Origin: the human T2T-CHM13v2.0 reference genome, Homo sapiens
Length of the DNA: 64,000 nucleotides
Reading direction: 5' to 3' (one strand)
Assembly (NCBI RefSeq): GCF_009914755.1
Contig: NC_060938.1
Shown piece by piece: positions 26,900 to 41,900 of this stretch (within the stretch, counting starts at the first letter, position 1; every line of letters begins with the position of its first letter). A model generated the notes under the pieces. The model made no database searches. It had not been told where the DNA came from and saw only the letters and a list, made by a program, of their open reading frames with translations. The translations under genes and the position numbers were made by a program.

Positions 26900-27326
26900 T
26901 GATATAGTTTGAATGTTTTTCCCCTCCAAATCTCATGTTGAAATGTGATTTCCAATGTTGGAGGTGGGGCCTAGTAGGAGGTATTTTGGTTATGGGGGCA
27001 AATCCCTCATAAATGGCTTAGTATTGTCCTCCTGGTAATGAATGAGTCTCACTCCATCGGTTCGCATGAGAGCTACTTGTTTAAAAGAGCCTGGCATCTC
27101 TCTATGCTCCTTTTCTCTGTCCTGCCCTTTCTTACCACATGACACACTTGCTTTTCCTTTGCATTACACCAAAATTGTAAAGTTTCCTGAGCCCTCACCA
27201 GAAGCTGAGCAGATGCTGGTACCATGCTTGTAAAGCCTGCAGAACCATGAGCAAAATAAACCTCTTTTCTGTATAAATTACCCAGATTCAGGTATTTCTT
27301 TATAGCAACACAAATGGACTTATACA
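26900..27326 (+). mobile_element. MSTB-type MaLR solo LTR
   Basis: tgatatagtttgaatg...ccaaatctcatgttgaaatgtg...tgttggaggtggggcct...ccctcaccagaagctgagcagatgctgg...aataaacctcttttct.tataaattacccag...tttctttatagcaac..aaatggact.ataca. Confidence 0.92.
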
Positions 27327-27488
27327 TTGAAGAAATCATCTATGTTAGGTGAACTTAGGATGGAAGTTTACTTATAACTAGCACTTGATGTATAAACTGA
27401 TCCTGACCTCGGTTGGATTGCGGTTGTGTTCTGGCCTCGGAAATTGTGTTGTCACAATCATCAGTAGATGGTTTATTTCTCTTCCTCC

Positions 27489-27964
27489 TGACGAAGATTC
27501 TTTGCTTGGCCAAACTTTGGTCGGGATTCTGAAACTTCCCAGGGCCTATCTTCACTTCTTTGTAAAATTCAGTTTTAGCAATCCTTGCTAAGTCAATTTA
27601 TTAAGAACCTCCTACACTCAATGTCAATTACCCCTAATATCTGATCAGGTTCCTCATTCTCCACCAATCCCCAGGTAAAGTCTGATCACCTGGCCTTTCT
27701 TCAGCAAGAATCCTGTTAGGTCAATTTAGCCAGAATCCCCCTGACCTCTGATGTTTCCACTAAGTGATTTTCTATCCACAAACCCAATTCTGCTCCTTGG
27801 CTATAAATTCTCACCTGCGCATGCTATATTTGGCACTGAACCTAATCTCTCTCCCTCGTTGCAAGACCTCATTGCAGTGATTTCTGTACTTATTGTGGTA
27901 GTCCTGAATAAAGTCTTTTTCACCATGTTTTAACAAGAATTATTGAATAATTTTGTCTTTAACC
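27489..27964 (+). mobile_element. MER31A-type ERV1 solo LTR
   Basis: tgacgaagattctttgcttggccaaacttt...cagcaagaatcctgttaggtc...ctgctccttggctataaatt (TATA at about 27802)...cctgaataaagtc...ttgaataatttt.tctttaac. Confidence 0.82.
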
Positions 27965-28864
27965 CCCTAAGAACAGACACAAAGATAAAATATTACAGGT
28001 CATACCAGAAAAGGCTACAGGGAAGTTTCATGTATTACTCTTGTAAGATTGGTTGCCATTACTTTCACAACGGCTCTCGAGATTGGCTTGTATCCAAGGA
28101 TTCTAGGACAATACATTAACTTTTATCCAGAAACGATGAGGACTCAGTGACTAGCATCCTGACTTGAATCAGAGGACCTGTTTTCAAGCCTGGAAAATTT
28201 CTCATTGAAAAAAAAAAGATAAAACAAACCATAAACCTTAGAGTATAACTCTACTTAATGTAGTTTTTACCACTGATAATACTATAGTCCAAATGGGAGT
28301 GCCAGAAATCTCTGCATGTCTGGCCACTCCCTGAACCAAGATTACTGTATCATTGCTATCTTGACGGTAAGTGATCACATCCACTTTACATGTGCCATTT
28401 ACTTGCTTCTGCTGGCCCAAGAAGCTCTTGATTCCACTTAAATCTGTTGATTCTGCCATTAAGTTGTTATCTTCCCCGCCAGCATTCCTGACTGAAAAAA
28501 AAAAAAAGAATTGAAAAGAATTGAAAGAGTCAATTCCAGTGTGGCAGAGGCTTCTTTGACAATTGCTTGTAACAATGAAGGAGAAAATACTGTGAGTAAC
28601 ATAATTCACAGGCCAATGGACAGGGTACATAGGGTAGATCAGCCTAACACTCATCACTCCTGAGGTCTTTGAATTCCTTCATTTAAATTGTGATAATGTG
28701 TTCTGGTCTTTTGATGTCAGCTATCATAGGCCAGCCTTGGATCCAAATTTATACCAATTGACTCAGCAAACTCTTCAATCCACAGCTGGCTGCCTACACT
28801 AGCACAGTGAAGGCAGAATCACTGGCATGAGACACCACTAAAATTAATTTGGCTGAATCTAAAA

Positions 28865-29400
28865 TTGTGGTCTGCTTTGGCAGTATATGTCAAGATGTAA
28901 AAGGTATATTCTCTTTTGCCAAGAAGTTCCACTTCCAAGGAGTCATTCCTCAGATATTATAAGATCCCAAAGATAAATATAAAAATCTATTCACTGAAAC
29001 ATTTTTTTTGTGATAGAAAAAACATAGGAGCAAATAGTAAATATGTTTAATAAATTATGATGTGTCAATATAATGAATTACAAACTGTTTTTAGAAAGGA
29101 TAAAATAAATGTATATATACTGCTTTGGTAGGTGCTCATAATAAACCTTTTAGTAGGAAAAAAACTTTTTAAGTTAAAACCACTAAGAGCAATATGCAAT
29201 AATACATAAACAGTATAAAATTATATCAATAATGTAATATATGTGTTGCATATCAACAATGTTAGCAATGGCTACCTATTTCTGGTAGTGGGATTATAAT
29301 CAGAATTTTTCATTATGTAAGTTCTCTACTTTTATATATTTGATTTTTACAAAAACACGAATTAATTATATTATTAATTTATTTAAATGTGAAAATAAAA
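28865..29400 (+). mobile_element. Old L1ME-type 3' fragment
   Basis: ctttggcagtatatgtcaa...ttccacttccaagga...ttcactgaaacatt...taaattatgatgtgtcaatataatgaatta...aatgttagcaatggctacct.tttctgg.agtgggatta. Confidence 0.6.
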
Positions 29401-29995
29401 CAATAGAAAATAACATAGAATTATGGCCAGTTTTTCATTGTAGAAGAGACGTGAAATTTCTTATTCATATATTTTACCTCTATACCTATGCTCCCCACAA
29501 TTTTTCTTAATTGCTATTGCCTGTCTCACATTTTTGTAAACTAGGAAATTTCTCTGAGTTTAGGGGTGCATTCTTGGACTCTGCACAGACTGAAGAGATT
29601 GATCTCTTATTGTTTGGCTCTTTGGAATTCTGCTTTAAACAGCCAAGCTAGCGAGCCAGCTCCAGATCTAATCTCTCTGAGATCACTTTGGATAGATCAC
29701 ATAATCGGAACTGGTTGAAAAACTGCCCTATATTATAAATGAAAAATAATCCAGAATCCATAGAGGAATGATAAGTTTATTTGGCAAAAGATTAATTCTA
29801 GTTAATTTACTGAAGATGAGTAATTGGAGGCTGTATCTCATAACTGAGCACATGAAATCATAAACATGACAAATGGGGCATTTTTATAGTGAAGGTTTGT
29901 GCAGAGATACCCAAAACTTCTGCTGAGCTATAGGCTTAGAATTAGATTCAACACACTCTCGGTCTGAAGAACAGCTATGTCAAGAGTGCAGCTCT

Positions 29996-30492
<497 letters not shown>

Positions 30493-30904
30493 TTGTTATT
30501 ATTTTAGATATAATGAAGCCAGAGTCTTGTGGGTAGGTCCTCCAATTTCAGTCATGTATTCAATTAACAAAAATTATCAAAATGAAAACCCTGTTGTCTC
30601 ATTATTGACACACCAGAATATTTTCATGATATTATAAATATGCACTTGAAAACATAAGTAATGATCTCCATATGAATTTTCTAAAACTTATAGAAGTTCT
30701 TTAGCAAGTAAGAAATCCTTTTCCATTATATAGTAGCATTAGTAAATAGTTTGGCATCCAGAAGAATATGTTCTGGCAATCACATTTGCTTTCTTGAAGC
30801 AACATTTGTTGAACAACATTCAATTATGTCATTTTGGCTGTGAATTAATTGCCACACACTAATCGTGTCAGAGAAGGCTGTTAAATATTATTTGCCTTTC
30901 TGCC

Positions 30905-31270
30905 TATATTGGAATAGCCCAAGATAGGCCTCTGTAATAATTATACTTCAAAATCTCAATGGCTTATAAAAACAAAAGTTATGTGATTGATTTATTGATT
31001 GATTTACTTGCCACATCTTAGACAGCTCTTCTCCAGCTTCAGCTGCCATTTCTGAGACAGGTGGCTTCTGGATTTTTCGGAGAGAATTCTAGATGATCAT
31101 TGAAGATGTTTCTAAAAAGCAAGGCAGGCCTAAAATCTGTCTGTATCGTTTTAGCCACATGTTATTTGTCTGAATTTAGTCAAGCAGCCTCACTGCATGG
31201 AAAGCTGCTGAATTAACCCAGCTGTGCACTTAGGAAGAACAAGCAGAATGGAGAACTCAGAATCTTGTCT
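30905..31270 (-). mobile_element. Ancient MLT1 (J/K-like) LTR fragment
   Basis: gataggcctctgtaataa...caaaatctcaatggctta..aaaacaaaagtta...gccacatgttatttgtc.gaa.ttagtca. Confidence 0.45.
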
Positions 31271-32767
31271 CCACCTTGCAATCTATATGAACAAGTGATT
31301 TGGAGTTCTGCATGAAGAATAACCTCAAAACCAAATAACAAAGTTATCTTATTGATGACTAGAACAGAGGTTGGCACACAGCAAGAGCTCAAAAAATTGA
31401 TAGATTCTCTAATGTAGAACTACCTATTATTTAAAATACTAAGCCAAGTTGAACTGATTATCTCAAATGCCAATTGATTACAAAAAGTTTTTCTCATTCA
31501 AGAATTTGTTTTAGGTATAATTTTTTTTTCTTTTGAAAACAATTTACATTTAGTTATATTTGCATTTCATTTTTTATTTTTAAATATAGCACATTGTGTT
31601 TACACTGAGATTATATTTACTCTTACCTCCAATTTCTGGGAAGTGATACAGGTTTTACACTTTTGATAGTGTTATCTGTATTCCTTTTATAACAATTAAA
31701 ATAGTACAATTTATGTGTCACACATATTGTAATATATTAAATAGGTAGACATATAGGTGGCACACATACATGGCAAAAATTGGGAATGCATTCCTTAAAT
31801 AACTGAATTTTGGAAATTGCATGTCTAAAAAGCATTAATTCAATAACCACATATTAGTCATAACTTTAAGAAAGGGATAATGCTTGCATGTAACCATTAA
31901 AAATAGAGTAGCACATTTAAAATATAGCCAATGCTAAAAAGAGCAAATGAATTCACAACTCATTTCACAAATCTATCCTTACCATTATGTAAGTTAGTTG
32001 CCTAAATTTACACACAGTTTTCAGGATTAGTTACTGTTTATGCTAACAGTTAAATTTAAAATAAAATGAATAAAACCAGTGAATAATTTGGCTATTTTTC
32101 TCTACTAGTCCTCTACAAGTCAAAGTATTTAGCATTCCTATTGTTTATATCTGTGTATATATTTGTGTGAGTGTGTATGCGTATATGTGTGTACTTATGA
32201 AATGTTCCTTAAATAAGAATGGAAAGATACTGCTCTCAAGAAACCATATTTCAAATTAAATAGACTTGATACCTATTCACAATTATTACTAAGAGACATG
32301 TATTATTGAAAACTGATCCAACGTAGTATTGAATTATTTTAAGTAATATATACTATTGTATTTCAGGATAAATGTCAGTTTTCAACAAATATTTATTATT
32401 TGACTGGCATGTGCTAGATTCCGAGATTACAGAAAAACAGGTCTTGCCCTTCAGTATAAGGGAAATGGCATAACTTACAAATCAATATGCTAAATGTCAG
32501 AGAAGCAGTGGCCACTAATTAACTTGGAATAATATGGAGGTATTAGCTGAATCTCTTTGGTGGAATAAATGTGAGGGGTGCAATTTTATCAGAGGTAAAT
32601 TTATGATTGCACCATGTTAAGAACGAATAGGACTTCTCAAGGTATTCATGTGGGTTAAAATTTTACAGGTAAAAGAACACCACAAATATACAGAAATGGT
32701 ATATTTGAGAAATTCCAAATACAATATTTCAGTATAGCTAGTGGGTAAGCAGAGGATAAAGAACGGT

Positions 32768-33415
32768 CAGAATCAGTTACATAATTTTCAAAGCTCAATG
32801 AAAATGCAGGGCCTTTGCTGAGAGTGTGTGTATGATAGTGAGTTGAGAGAGGGTGAACCTCCCTTTCCCACTGGGCCTGTTGTCCTATCCACCCAGGGAA
32901 TTAAAACCCCCTTGCTGCCTAGATAAGCTGGGTGCACTGAATACCTGGATCCCTAGTGGGTGAAGATCCCCACAGAGCGAGTCATCTGCCAAGTCATTTG
33001 GGCTGCCAGCCCAGAAGGGACAGTCACAGTCTTGCTCTGCCCTAAGTGCCCTGGAAAGTGTGTTTGACCCCTACCTTTTTCTACTTTTCCTATACCCACA
33101 CCCAGGACACTGCACAGGGCCCAAAGCAAAGGAGGTAAAATTTAAGCCTTGCTCTGATGCTGCAACCCAAGCATGATTCCACACCGTGGGTGGCAGAGTT
33201 CACCAGGTGGGTGTGGGGAGGGAGACGCTAAGAACCTGTTCCGGAGATGGCAGGGTGATGGACTATATATGAGCCTACTGTCCCAGCCTTTGGCATATGC
33301 TCCACTATCCCATGGGACTTTGCTTACAAGAATAAATTCTAAGATAAAATTAGCAAGAATTTTAAGAAAACAATTACAGAGGATTGAATATGAAGCTACA
33401 CTGGTCACAGGCCAA
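32768..33415 (-). mobile_element. MER45-family (MER45C-like) hAT-Tip100 DNA transposon
   Basis: Left end cagaatcagttacataattt...aatgaaaatgcagggcc; right part gcatatgctccactatcccatgggactttgcttacaagaataaattctaagataaaatta..aagaattttaaga; GC-richer interior. Confidence 0.75.
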
Positions 33416-34987
33416 GTAACTGTTTTTATGCTAATGTGTTTGGACTTTACATTATAAGTAAATAATTGATGTTAAGGAATTATTTATCTATATAAATAAC
33501 AAATAATAGTATTACAATCATGTAACTAGAAGTATAGATGAAGGGTCAAGAACATTGTGGAGTTCTCAGATTAAAAGCAATATTAAAGTTGGTGAATACT
33601 AAGTTTGTTTCAACCATCAATTTTTATGACTGAATAAAACTCACAATCACTACTTCAGATCACACTTTTATTGGGTCATATTAAAGGAAGGATCTTATGA
33701 TTTGATTTCAAAATTGTAGAAGGCTGGATCCTTGAGGCTGTAATAGGTTGTTCCCACATGTTTAATAATATAAAACTGGGAAATGAATAATATTAAAATA
33801 CAAAATCTCAATGTATCATCATCTTATGAATTGATATTTGAAATGGAGATTAAAGACTTTCTGTTATAAAATGTGTACAAAACAACTTTGTTAGAAACCA
33901 ATACCATAGAATCCTTGGCCATGTGCACCTTAGCAATTATCTCCTGGAAAGTGCAAATGTATATTCCTCCAGAATTTTGTAAAGTCAAGGTCATGATATT
34001 ATTAAACAGCTTTGATAACAATCTTGGCACACTAACAACCTGATTGCTCCAAAATTATATGTGAAAACATATATGCTAAATTTAAAGTTATCAACATCAC
34101 TGAGCCAGTCACCTCCTCTTTCTAGCATTTAAATGTTTTTTTTTTTTTGCAAATATGGCTATAAAGACTTATTGTCAATATTTAAAAAACATTCCTGAGC
34201 CAGATTTCTTTCATAGAATGTCAAGCTTAATTTAACTGGTTCTACAAGCAGACAAATAAAACAATATCATTTACAACAGGAAAACAAAGACATGAATCCA
34301 ACTCATGTTTCAAGACCATGAGTTTAAGCAAATTTTCTGTGGTCTTGGTGGCCCATCCATGCAGCTTTAATTATGAGATAATACGGTGATACATATGAAT
34401 ACATCCTTTTCTCTCATCTCATTCTCTCACTTACTTCTCCAGCTGGCAGATAAAACTTTTACAAAGTCAATAGATGCTTTACTAGATCTAGACCATCACT
34501 GCTCAGTCTCTTGCTGTCATATTTAACTTCATACTCCAACCAGTTAGTCTATATTTTCAAGTCTACTAACCCGTATTTAAAATGTTCATGTATACCCATG
34601 TATTGAAAGATGATGTTAATCAGACAAATTTCATCTTGCAGAAAGAATCAACTTATTGTCTAATTTTTCTTTAGTCAGAAGTTTTAAATACTATTGAATT
34701 AGGCTCTAGTTGATGAGAGCAGATAATTTTTCCTTAGAGCCTTTAAAATAAATTGTTCATGGACATTCTGATACACCATTTCTATCACTCTGGATTCTAA
34801 TGACTAAATCAGTATTCTCTAAGCTATGCACAGAAAACTAATCCTTTTGAGAATAAATGATGGGAGAGTCTTAGTATAAGACAAACAAGTATGATAGAGA
34901 GATCAGAAAACTGGAGAATACATACACTGCTTAAATTGATTTAAACTGCATTTAAAAAGTGTAGCTACCTCATTCTACTAACACTGG

Positions 34988-35480
34988 TAGTAGTAGATTG
35001 TTTTTAAAGATGGCCATAATGATATCTTACATTTTGCATGCTTCTCATAATAAAACTTTACTACTTTCATGATCAAAAGTGGTATTCTCATCCCTGTCTC
35101 CCTTTAAATTTGGTCTGGCTCTCTGGCATGCTTCAACCATTAGAATGCAGCAGAAGTGAGACTGTGTGACTTCCAAAGTGCATCTTTATGCATTCTTTTA
35201 GTTTCTGTTTTCATGCTTTTGAAATACATGTAGTCCTCTCAGAGTACTGCCTTGAGACCTCCATGCTGTGAGGAAGCCCAGCTAGCTACATGGAAAGACC
35301 ATAAGAAACAGAACTAATGTGCCCTACTGACAGCTACAACTTATGCTCTCTCTTCCTCCATCACACTGGTGAACCCAAGTGAAACCAGAAGGACCATCCA
35401 GCCATATCCCTAAGAAAAACTAAATCATTGTCATCTTAAAGCACTGAATTTTGATTGTTTAACCATTGATAACTAATACA
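34988..35480 (+). mobile_element. MLT1G/F/H-type MaLR solo LTR
   Basis: aaagatggcca...cttcaaccattagaatgcagcagaagtgag.ctgtgtgacttcc...ccatgctgtgaggaagcccagctagctacatggaaagacca...gataactaataca. Confidence 0.8.
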
Positions 35481-35989
35481 TCTACCAAACTTTATCTCCC
35501 ACAGTTTGTGACTCTCACTCTAAACAAATACGAAACCCAATTAAAACACTAAACCTAGTAGAATAAAATTTAATTGTTTCAACTCAATTTCTTAATGCTT
35601 AGGCAGCATTTTTTTCCAGCCGTTACATAAGTTCTCATAACATGCCAGGTAAAAATTCATTCCATATAGAATTTTTTTGCTGTACACCAATTAAAATTTC
35701 TGGGCATGCTTTGCAAATGATAAATGACAATTTTTTAAATTTTGTTTTACTGACAAATAGCAGAGTTAACATAGTAATTTGACCTTTTGTTATAAACTCA
35801 CATATATTTCATATTGTTTGTTTTCCCATCCTAATTGGGGATGGGGAAAGCAATTCGAATTCAACTTAGATTTTAATAATAGTTTTAATGTAAGTTTACA
35901 TACTAAATCTCATTGCCTTAAGCCAAAACCTAGTTACATAAAATATTATATAGCAAATATCTTGTATTCTGCTTATCCCATGTACATTC

Positions 35990-36392
35990 AGCAACACATT
36001 CTTTCTTTCTATTCCTCCTTGCACTCATACATATGGTGATCTTCTTTCACCCAGGGGTCATCTTTCTGCCACTGCCCAGACATGATGGTCTATCTGGCAA
36101 ATTCTTACTTACCAGCCAAGATGCAACGTGTCAGCTCCATGAAATTTTCACTAATTCATCTAGGCAAAATAAATCACTTCCTTCTCTGTGTGCCACTCTG
36201 CCCTGTACTTGTGTCTTTATAGCACCTATCATATTTATGCCCATGTGTTTTTAGCATGTGTGCATCCTTCCATATACATTTCCTAAATTGAACTACCACT
36301 GTTTTATTCACCTATTAATACAATCTCTGCAATACAACACAATACTTGGTCCACAGTTAAAACTTAATAAATGCATTTTAAAGGGTGAATAT
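35990..36392 (+). mobile_element. L2 LINE 3' end
   Basis: ctggcaaattcttactta...tcacttccttctctgtg...ttatagcacctatcata...aacacaatacttgg..cacagt...cttaataaatgc. Confidence 0.6.
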
Positions 36393-37147
36393 ATTAATCC
36401 CCCTTTTATTTCTGTGGCTATATAATCTTTATTCACTTTAGCCTTCATCTTAATATACCTTAGATATCTTTAATTTTGTCTTCTAATCTGCATAATATTA
36501 CATGTAATATCATTTCTTTGAACGTTATAAATTTGATGCCATCACATCATGGCCCATACAGGATGCAATCTCAACACTATTCTGGGAATTTCCAGGTGGG
36601 TTAATTTTTTTTTTAGCTTGTTGTAAACACTGTCTTAATTATTTTCATCAATTCTCACTTACTGAATTGTCACTTCATAAATATATAACTGAATGAATAA
36701 GTGATATAGTAGGTCAAACAAAGCTCCAGTATTGTACTTGTTAAGTACCTAAGATATATACATGTACCTGTTTTAGATGATAGCATCATCATTGATCAAA
36801 AATCACAGCCTTAATATTATCCTATTGGAAATTGTAAACCCTTTGACAGTTATCTTTTTGATATAATTTACTAGATAGAAGTACAGCAAAATTCATCTCT
36901 TTATAAAAGAGAATATTATATATTACTTTTCCTGCTTTTTATTACCTTTAATTACACAAGGAATACATGACTTTTTCTCACAAAAATGTAATCCGCGCAA
37001 ATTCCATTTTCCTTACCTCCTCTCTAGATACAGCTACTATTAAATTGTATGTATCTTCATATAGCTACAGACTTATATGGTTAAGTTAAATTAAACTCTT
37101 TGCAGTTATCTACCTGTCATTTTGCCCTGAGGAAAAAAAAGCAAAAA

Positions 37148-37430
37148 TTTATTATTATTATTATTATTATTATTAATTTGTTAGAGATGAGTGTCACTCC
37201 GTCACTCAGGCTAGAGTGAAGTGGCAGGGTCATAGCTCATGGCAGCTTCAAACTTCTAGGCTTAAGTCATCCTCACGCTTCAGCTTCCTGAGTAGTTGGG
37301 ACCACAGGTGTGTACCACCATGCCTGCTTGGCTAATCTTTAATTTTTTTAAGGACAGGGTTTCACTATGTTGCCCAGGCTGGTATCCAACTCCCAGCCTC
37401 AGGAGATGCTCCCAGTCAGCCTCCCGAGTA
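37148..37430 (-). mobile_element. AluJ-class SINE, 5'-truncated, (TTA)n tail
   Basis: (tta)n then gagatgagtgtcactccgtcactcaggctagagtg...tcatagctcatggcagcttcaaacttctaggcttaag; ends at cagcctcccgagt. Confidence 0.92.
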
Positions 37431-38595
37431 CAGAAGTAAAAGTTTAATTCCATTAATGGAATGAGAAAACATCAAATCTTAAATGTGTATTTTCCTTAAG
37501 CACACAGTTAAGATTAAAAAATCTGCCAGTCATAATTCGGAATAGTGTTTTTTAAAGCCGACTTCATTTCTAATTACATCTATCAGATAAAAGAATCCAG
37601 CTGTTTATGTTTTGTGATAGCTTGCTTGGATATAGTCCAAAAGGTGAAGTTGGTGAATTTATAATCTTCTGACTAGTAACATATTGAAACAGCATGATGT
37701 AGCAGCAGCAATTTTAAGTATACTTGCTTGTTTTGCTTTCATCAGACGTTAATATCTTTTGCATTGCAAGTAGAGCCTCTTAGGATTTAGAAGGACGGCT
37801 ATTGTTTACATTCCCAAAGCTCCTTCCTCCCACACCTCACCCTCAGATATCCACAGAAACCCTTCTTCCGAGGCTGCCTCCTTGGCCTTAATTGTGAGAA
37901 CAATGAGGCTGTTCATAAGAAACCACTCACTCCAGCAGCCTGACGAGCTCCTTTATGGTTTCTATGCAAGCCTGATTGATTACCCAGGGAACATATACTA
38001 CACCTTGTCAGAATTCCTATTAAGGAGGCTGGGACTTGATTTTTAAAGAACTGAGAAGAATATTTTTGAGTCTTGCCTGTTCCATGATACAGTTCCTCGG
38101 GCACCCATTATGAAAGACTCAAGGTGAGGCAAGTACCAGATTGCATTTAGGCACAGGGAGAAAGCACTACACATTGTGATGAAGTGCTTTTAACATTTCA
38201 CAGTTTAATATAATTGGATCCTAATAGGAGGTTTCTGTCAAAGTCTTTTCAGTCAAGAGTCCTATCAAAGAACTTGGTTTCACTTACATCTCTATTCAAA
38301 AGACAGATTGTATTCCAAATGCTATCCCTGGGGATAGCTAAATAATGAATGGATACATTGGCAAACCATCAGCCCAGCAAGGGCCCTATGGTAAATGTAC
38401 TTACATGGATTTTACAGAATGTATGTATATATAAATACACACACACACTGTCACACACATGCATACACACACGTATTTGGAAAGTATGCCTTCTATTACT
38501 CGACAATTGGTGAAGAAGAGATGAATACTGTTCAGTTTTTCGTTTCATTATTTATAAAAGTAAATGACCTTAAAGTATATAAGAAAGATACATGT

Positions 38596-38912
<317 letters not shown>

Positions 38913-41900
38913 TTAGATGTGATTTATACTGTGTCAGCATAAGCATATATTTGCATGTGTTTTTCCCTGTTAAATGGAGGCAGAGGAACAGAAGGTTCAG
39001 GGTAGAGTTAAAATTCCCAGGCATGTGTGAATGTATTTTAGATTTTGACATCAGCCTGCTGTGTGGCCTTTTGCATCTTCATTAACTTTCCTCCATCTCT
39101 TCATGATTCCTCAACTGTAAAATGGGATCCAAATAGCAGATAGAGGTTGGCAAGTTCTGCATGAACCACTATATATGGCTTCTATAAAAGTGGAGATTTT
39201 CACTCATAAAAAACTTTAAGTGCCATACTTAATAAAAATTTTATGTACTGTTCTATTTCTCTCAAGCAAATAAAAAGATGTCAGGTAAACAGTCATCTGA
39301 TATCAGTCTCAACAAGCCTCTTTCCACCCGTATACAAAGTTGTGCAACTTTTTAATGTATTTGGAAAATTACTTTACTTTGCACATTTTGTAGTTGGAGA
39401 AACTAAGATGATACCGAGGAGTTCTTATACTTTTTAGGCCTTAGAGTAAAACAGTCAGAGGAACTGATGTTTTTGGAACTCAGATGGAGACCCAGCTAGG
39501 GATACTTGATGAAACAAGAGTATTTAGTTGAAGATTCTTTAAGAAGAGTATTGTTTACTCTTGTGGGGGCTTTTTACTACTTATTCACTTTTTAGAGATT
39601 GTTAATTCTAAAAACTGGGAGAAAAGTAAAAAACATTATGTCACCAAAGTCAAAAGCTTACAGATATTCATTATCAATATAAAATGTATCATTTTTTACT
39701 CTGTAATTAAATATGACAGATATATTGAATACCAGCAAAGAGAATATCATTTTAATGAATCCTGCAAAATTTTAAAGAATCATGTAGTATTTTTTTACCT
39801 AATCAGAAGAATGTACAATCATGTAAAAGACCAGTAATATCATAAACAAAAGAGAATAATCAAGATTCAGTGACACAATTTATTTCAGATTTATTAGAAT
39901 TTTCCGGATAACATTATTTATCTACAAACTATGTATATTTTAGACAGTATGTAACATTGTCATCCAAAGAAACATGGATTCAAGTTGTATGGGATTCAAG
40001 TTATAAGACTATTATTTACTAGCTTTGTGACCTTACAAGAAGTATTTAATCCCATAGATCCTAAGGTTCTTCATTTTTTAAATGGAGTAGAAATTGATAT
40101 TAGACTACATTAAAACTGTAGGTCATTTTTCTCCCAGAATTGGCTAAGAAAAGAAACCCAATATATTTAAGAAGAGCAAACAAAATAAATGAGACTGATT
40201 TATCTTTTAAAACATTCTAGAGAAAGGGTAGAACATAAAGTAAAAAGAGAAGATCTGGTTAAACTGCAGAGAGAAAAAAATAGATTAACTTACAATATAT
40301 ATCAATTAGTCTGATAGCAGACTTCTCAATAGCAATAACAGAAGCCAAAATAGAGTCAGATAATATCTTGAAAATTCTCAGAGAACATAGCTTTTACTTT
40401 AGAATTCAATCTGACTAAACTGTCATTCAAAATGACAGTGAAATAAAGGTACGTTTCACAAAGTTCGACTGAGTGAATATGACTAAAATCCTTATTAAAA
40501 TAACTTATTAAGAATAAACTTCAAAAAAAGAAAAACTAGAATAAGATATTAAGAACAGTGATGAATTTTAAAAACTCATTACATGTACCAGTAAATTTAA
40601 TAAAAAAAAAAACAAAACAGACTTCTAGTTTCAGTTTTGACATGTAGAGCTTGGAAGACATCACTCCTGTCCTAAAATCAAGCAAAAGCTGAGCAAACCA
40701 AAATTCAACCATGGATTTATCCATGCAGAACTGAGACTGCAGAGCAAACTACCACCCAAACCTGGAAAGAGAGACTAATGCTCAAAATAATAGCCAAGAT
40801 TTGCTTATCGGGAACAGAAACCACTATTGACATAAATGGTTAGGAATTACCATTTAAATAACTGTGATTAATTGCTAGAGGAAGATTGTGAACTAGCATA
40901 AGGATGAGGTAACTCCCCATGATTTTGGTCTTGGAAGAATCCAGTTACTTTTGTGGGTTTTACCTTCAGGAATTCCATTATTTTTACAATGCAGATCCCA
41001 GAAAGATACTTCATGGCTTTGCAGGGAATGAGGGTGGGTGGTTATACTTACTGGTAAGAAACTGTTATTTGTTCCCCTAAGACTGGGATCAAGGCAATAA
41101 TGTCATCTGTCATCATTACTATTCAACATCATACTGGAAGTCCTAGCCAATGCAATAAGATGATAAAGGAAATAAAAGACATACATATTGGAAAGAGAGA
41201 AAAAGAAATTTTAACTATAGTTATTCAAAGGTAACATGATTTTTCCTGGAAAAAATTCCAATTAAATAATGGACATACACACACACAAACATCCTAGGGC
41301 TAATATAAGCAAGGTCACATAAGACAAAGTTAATATACACAAGTCATTTGTTTTCATGTATGCCAATAATGAATAATTGAAATTGGAAATTAAATAAACA
41401 ATACCATTTACAATAGCCCTCTCTGCCCCTCTCATTTATACCTAAGATAAAATACTTAGGTATATATCTAACTAAACATATATACAATCTGTATATGAAC
41501 AATATAGAAAGACATTTTTTAAAAATCTAAACAAATTGGAACATATTTCACATTAATGGACTAGAAGACTCAGTATTATTTAAATGCTAATTCTTTCCAA
41601 ATTGATCTATAGATTTAATAAAATCTCTCAGCAAGGGATTTGGTAGATATTGACAAATATATTCCAAAATTTATATGGAAAGACAAAAAACCTAGAATAG
41701 CTAACATGATGCCAAAAAGCAAAGTTAGAGTACTCAAACTACCCACTTTCTAGACTTTGTATAAAAATACAGTTATTAGACAGTATGATATTGGTTGAAA
41801 GAACTAACATCAGTGGAATAGAATAACATCCAAAAATAGACCCACACAATTATAGTCAACTGGCCTTTGACAAAAGAATAACAGCAATTCAAGAGAAAAA

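Noticed and set aside
28238-28657. Longest ORF (139 aa, minus strand)
   Set aside because: Runs through an A13 tract (FFFFF), has no recognisable domain, and is consistent with a chance frame
32800-33300. GC-richer island as a promoter or CpG island
   Set aside because: Few CpGs, and it lies inside a MER45-family transposon
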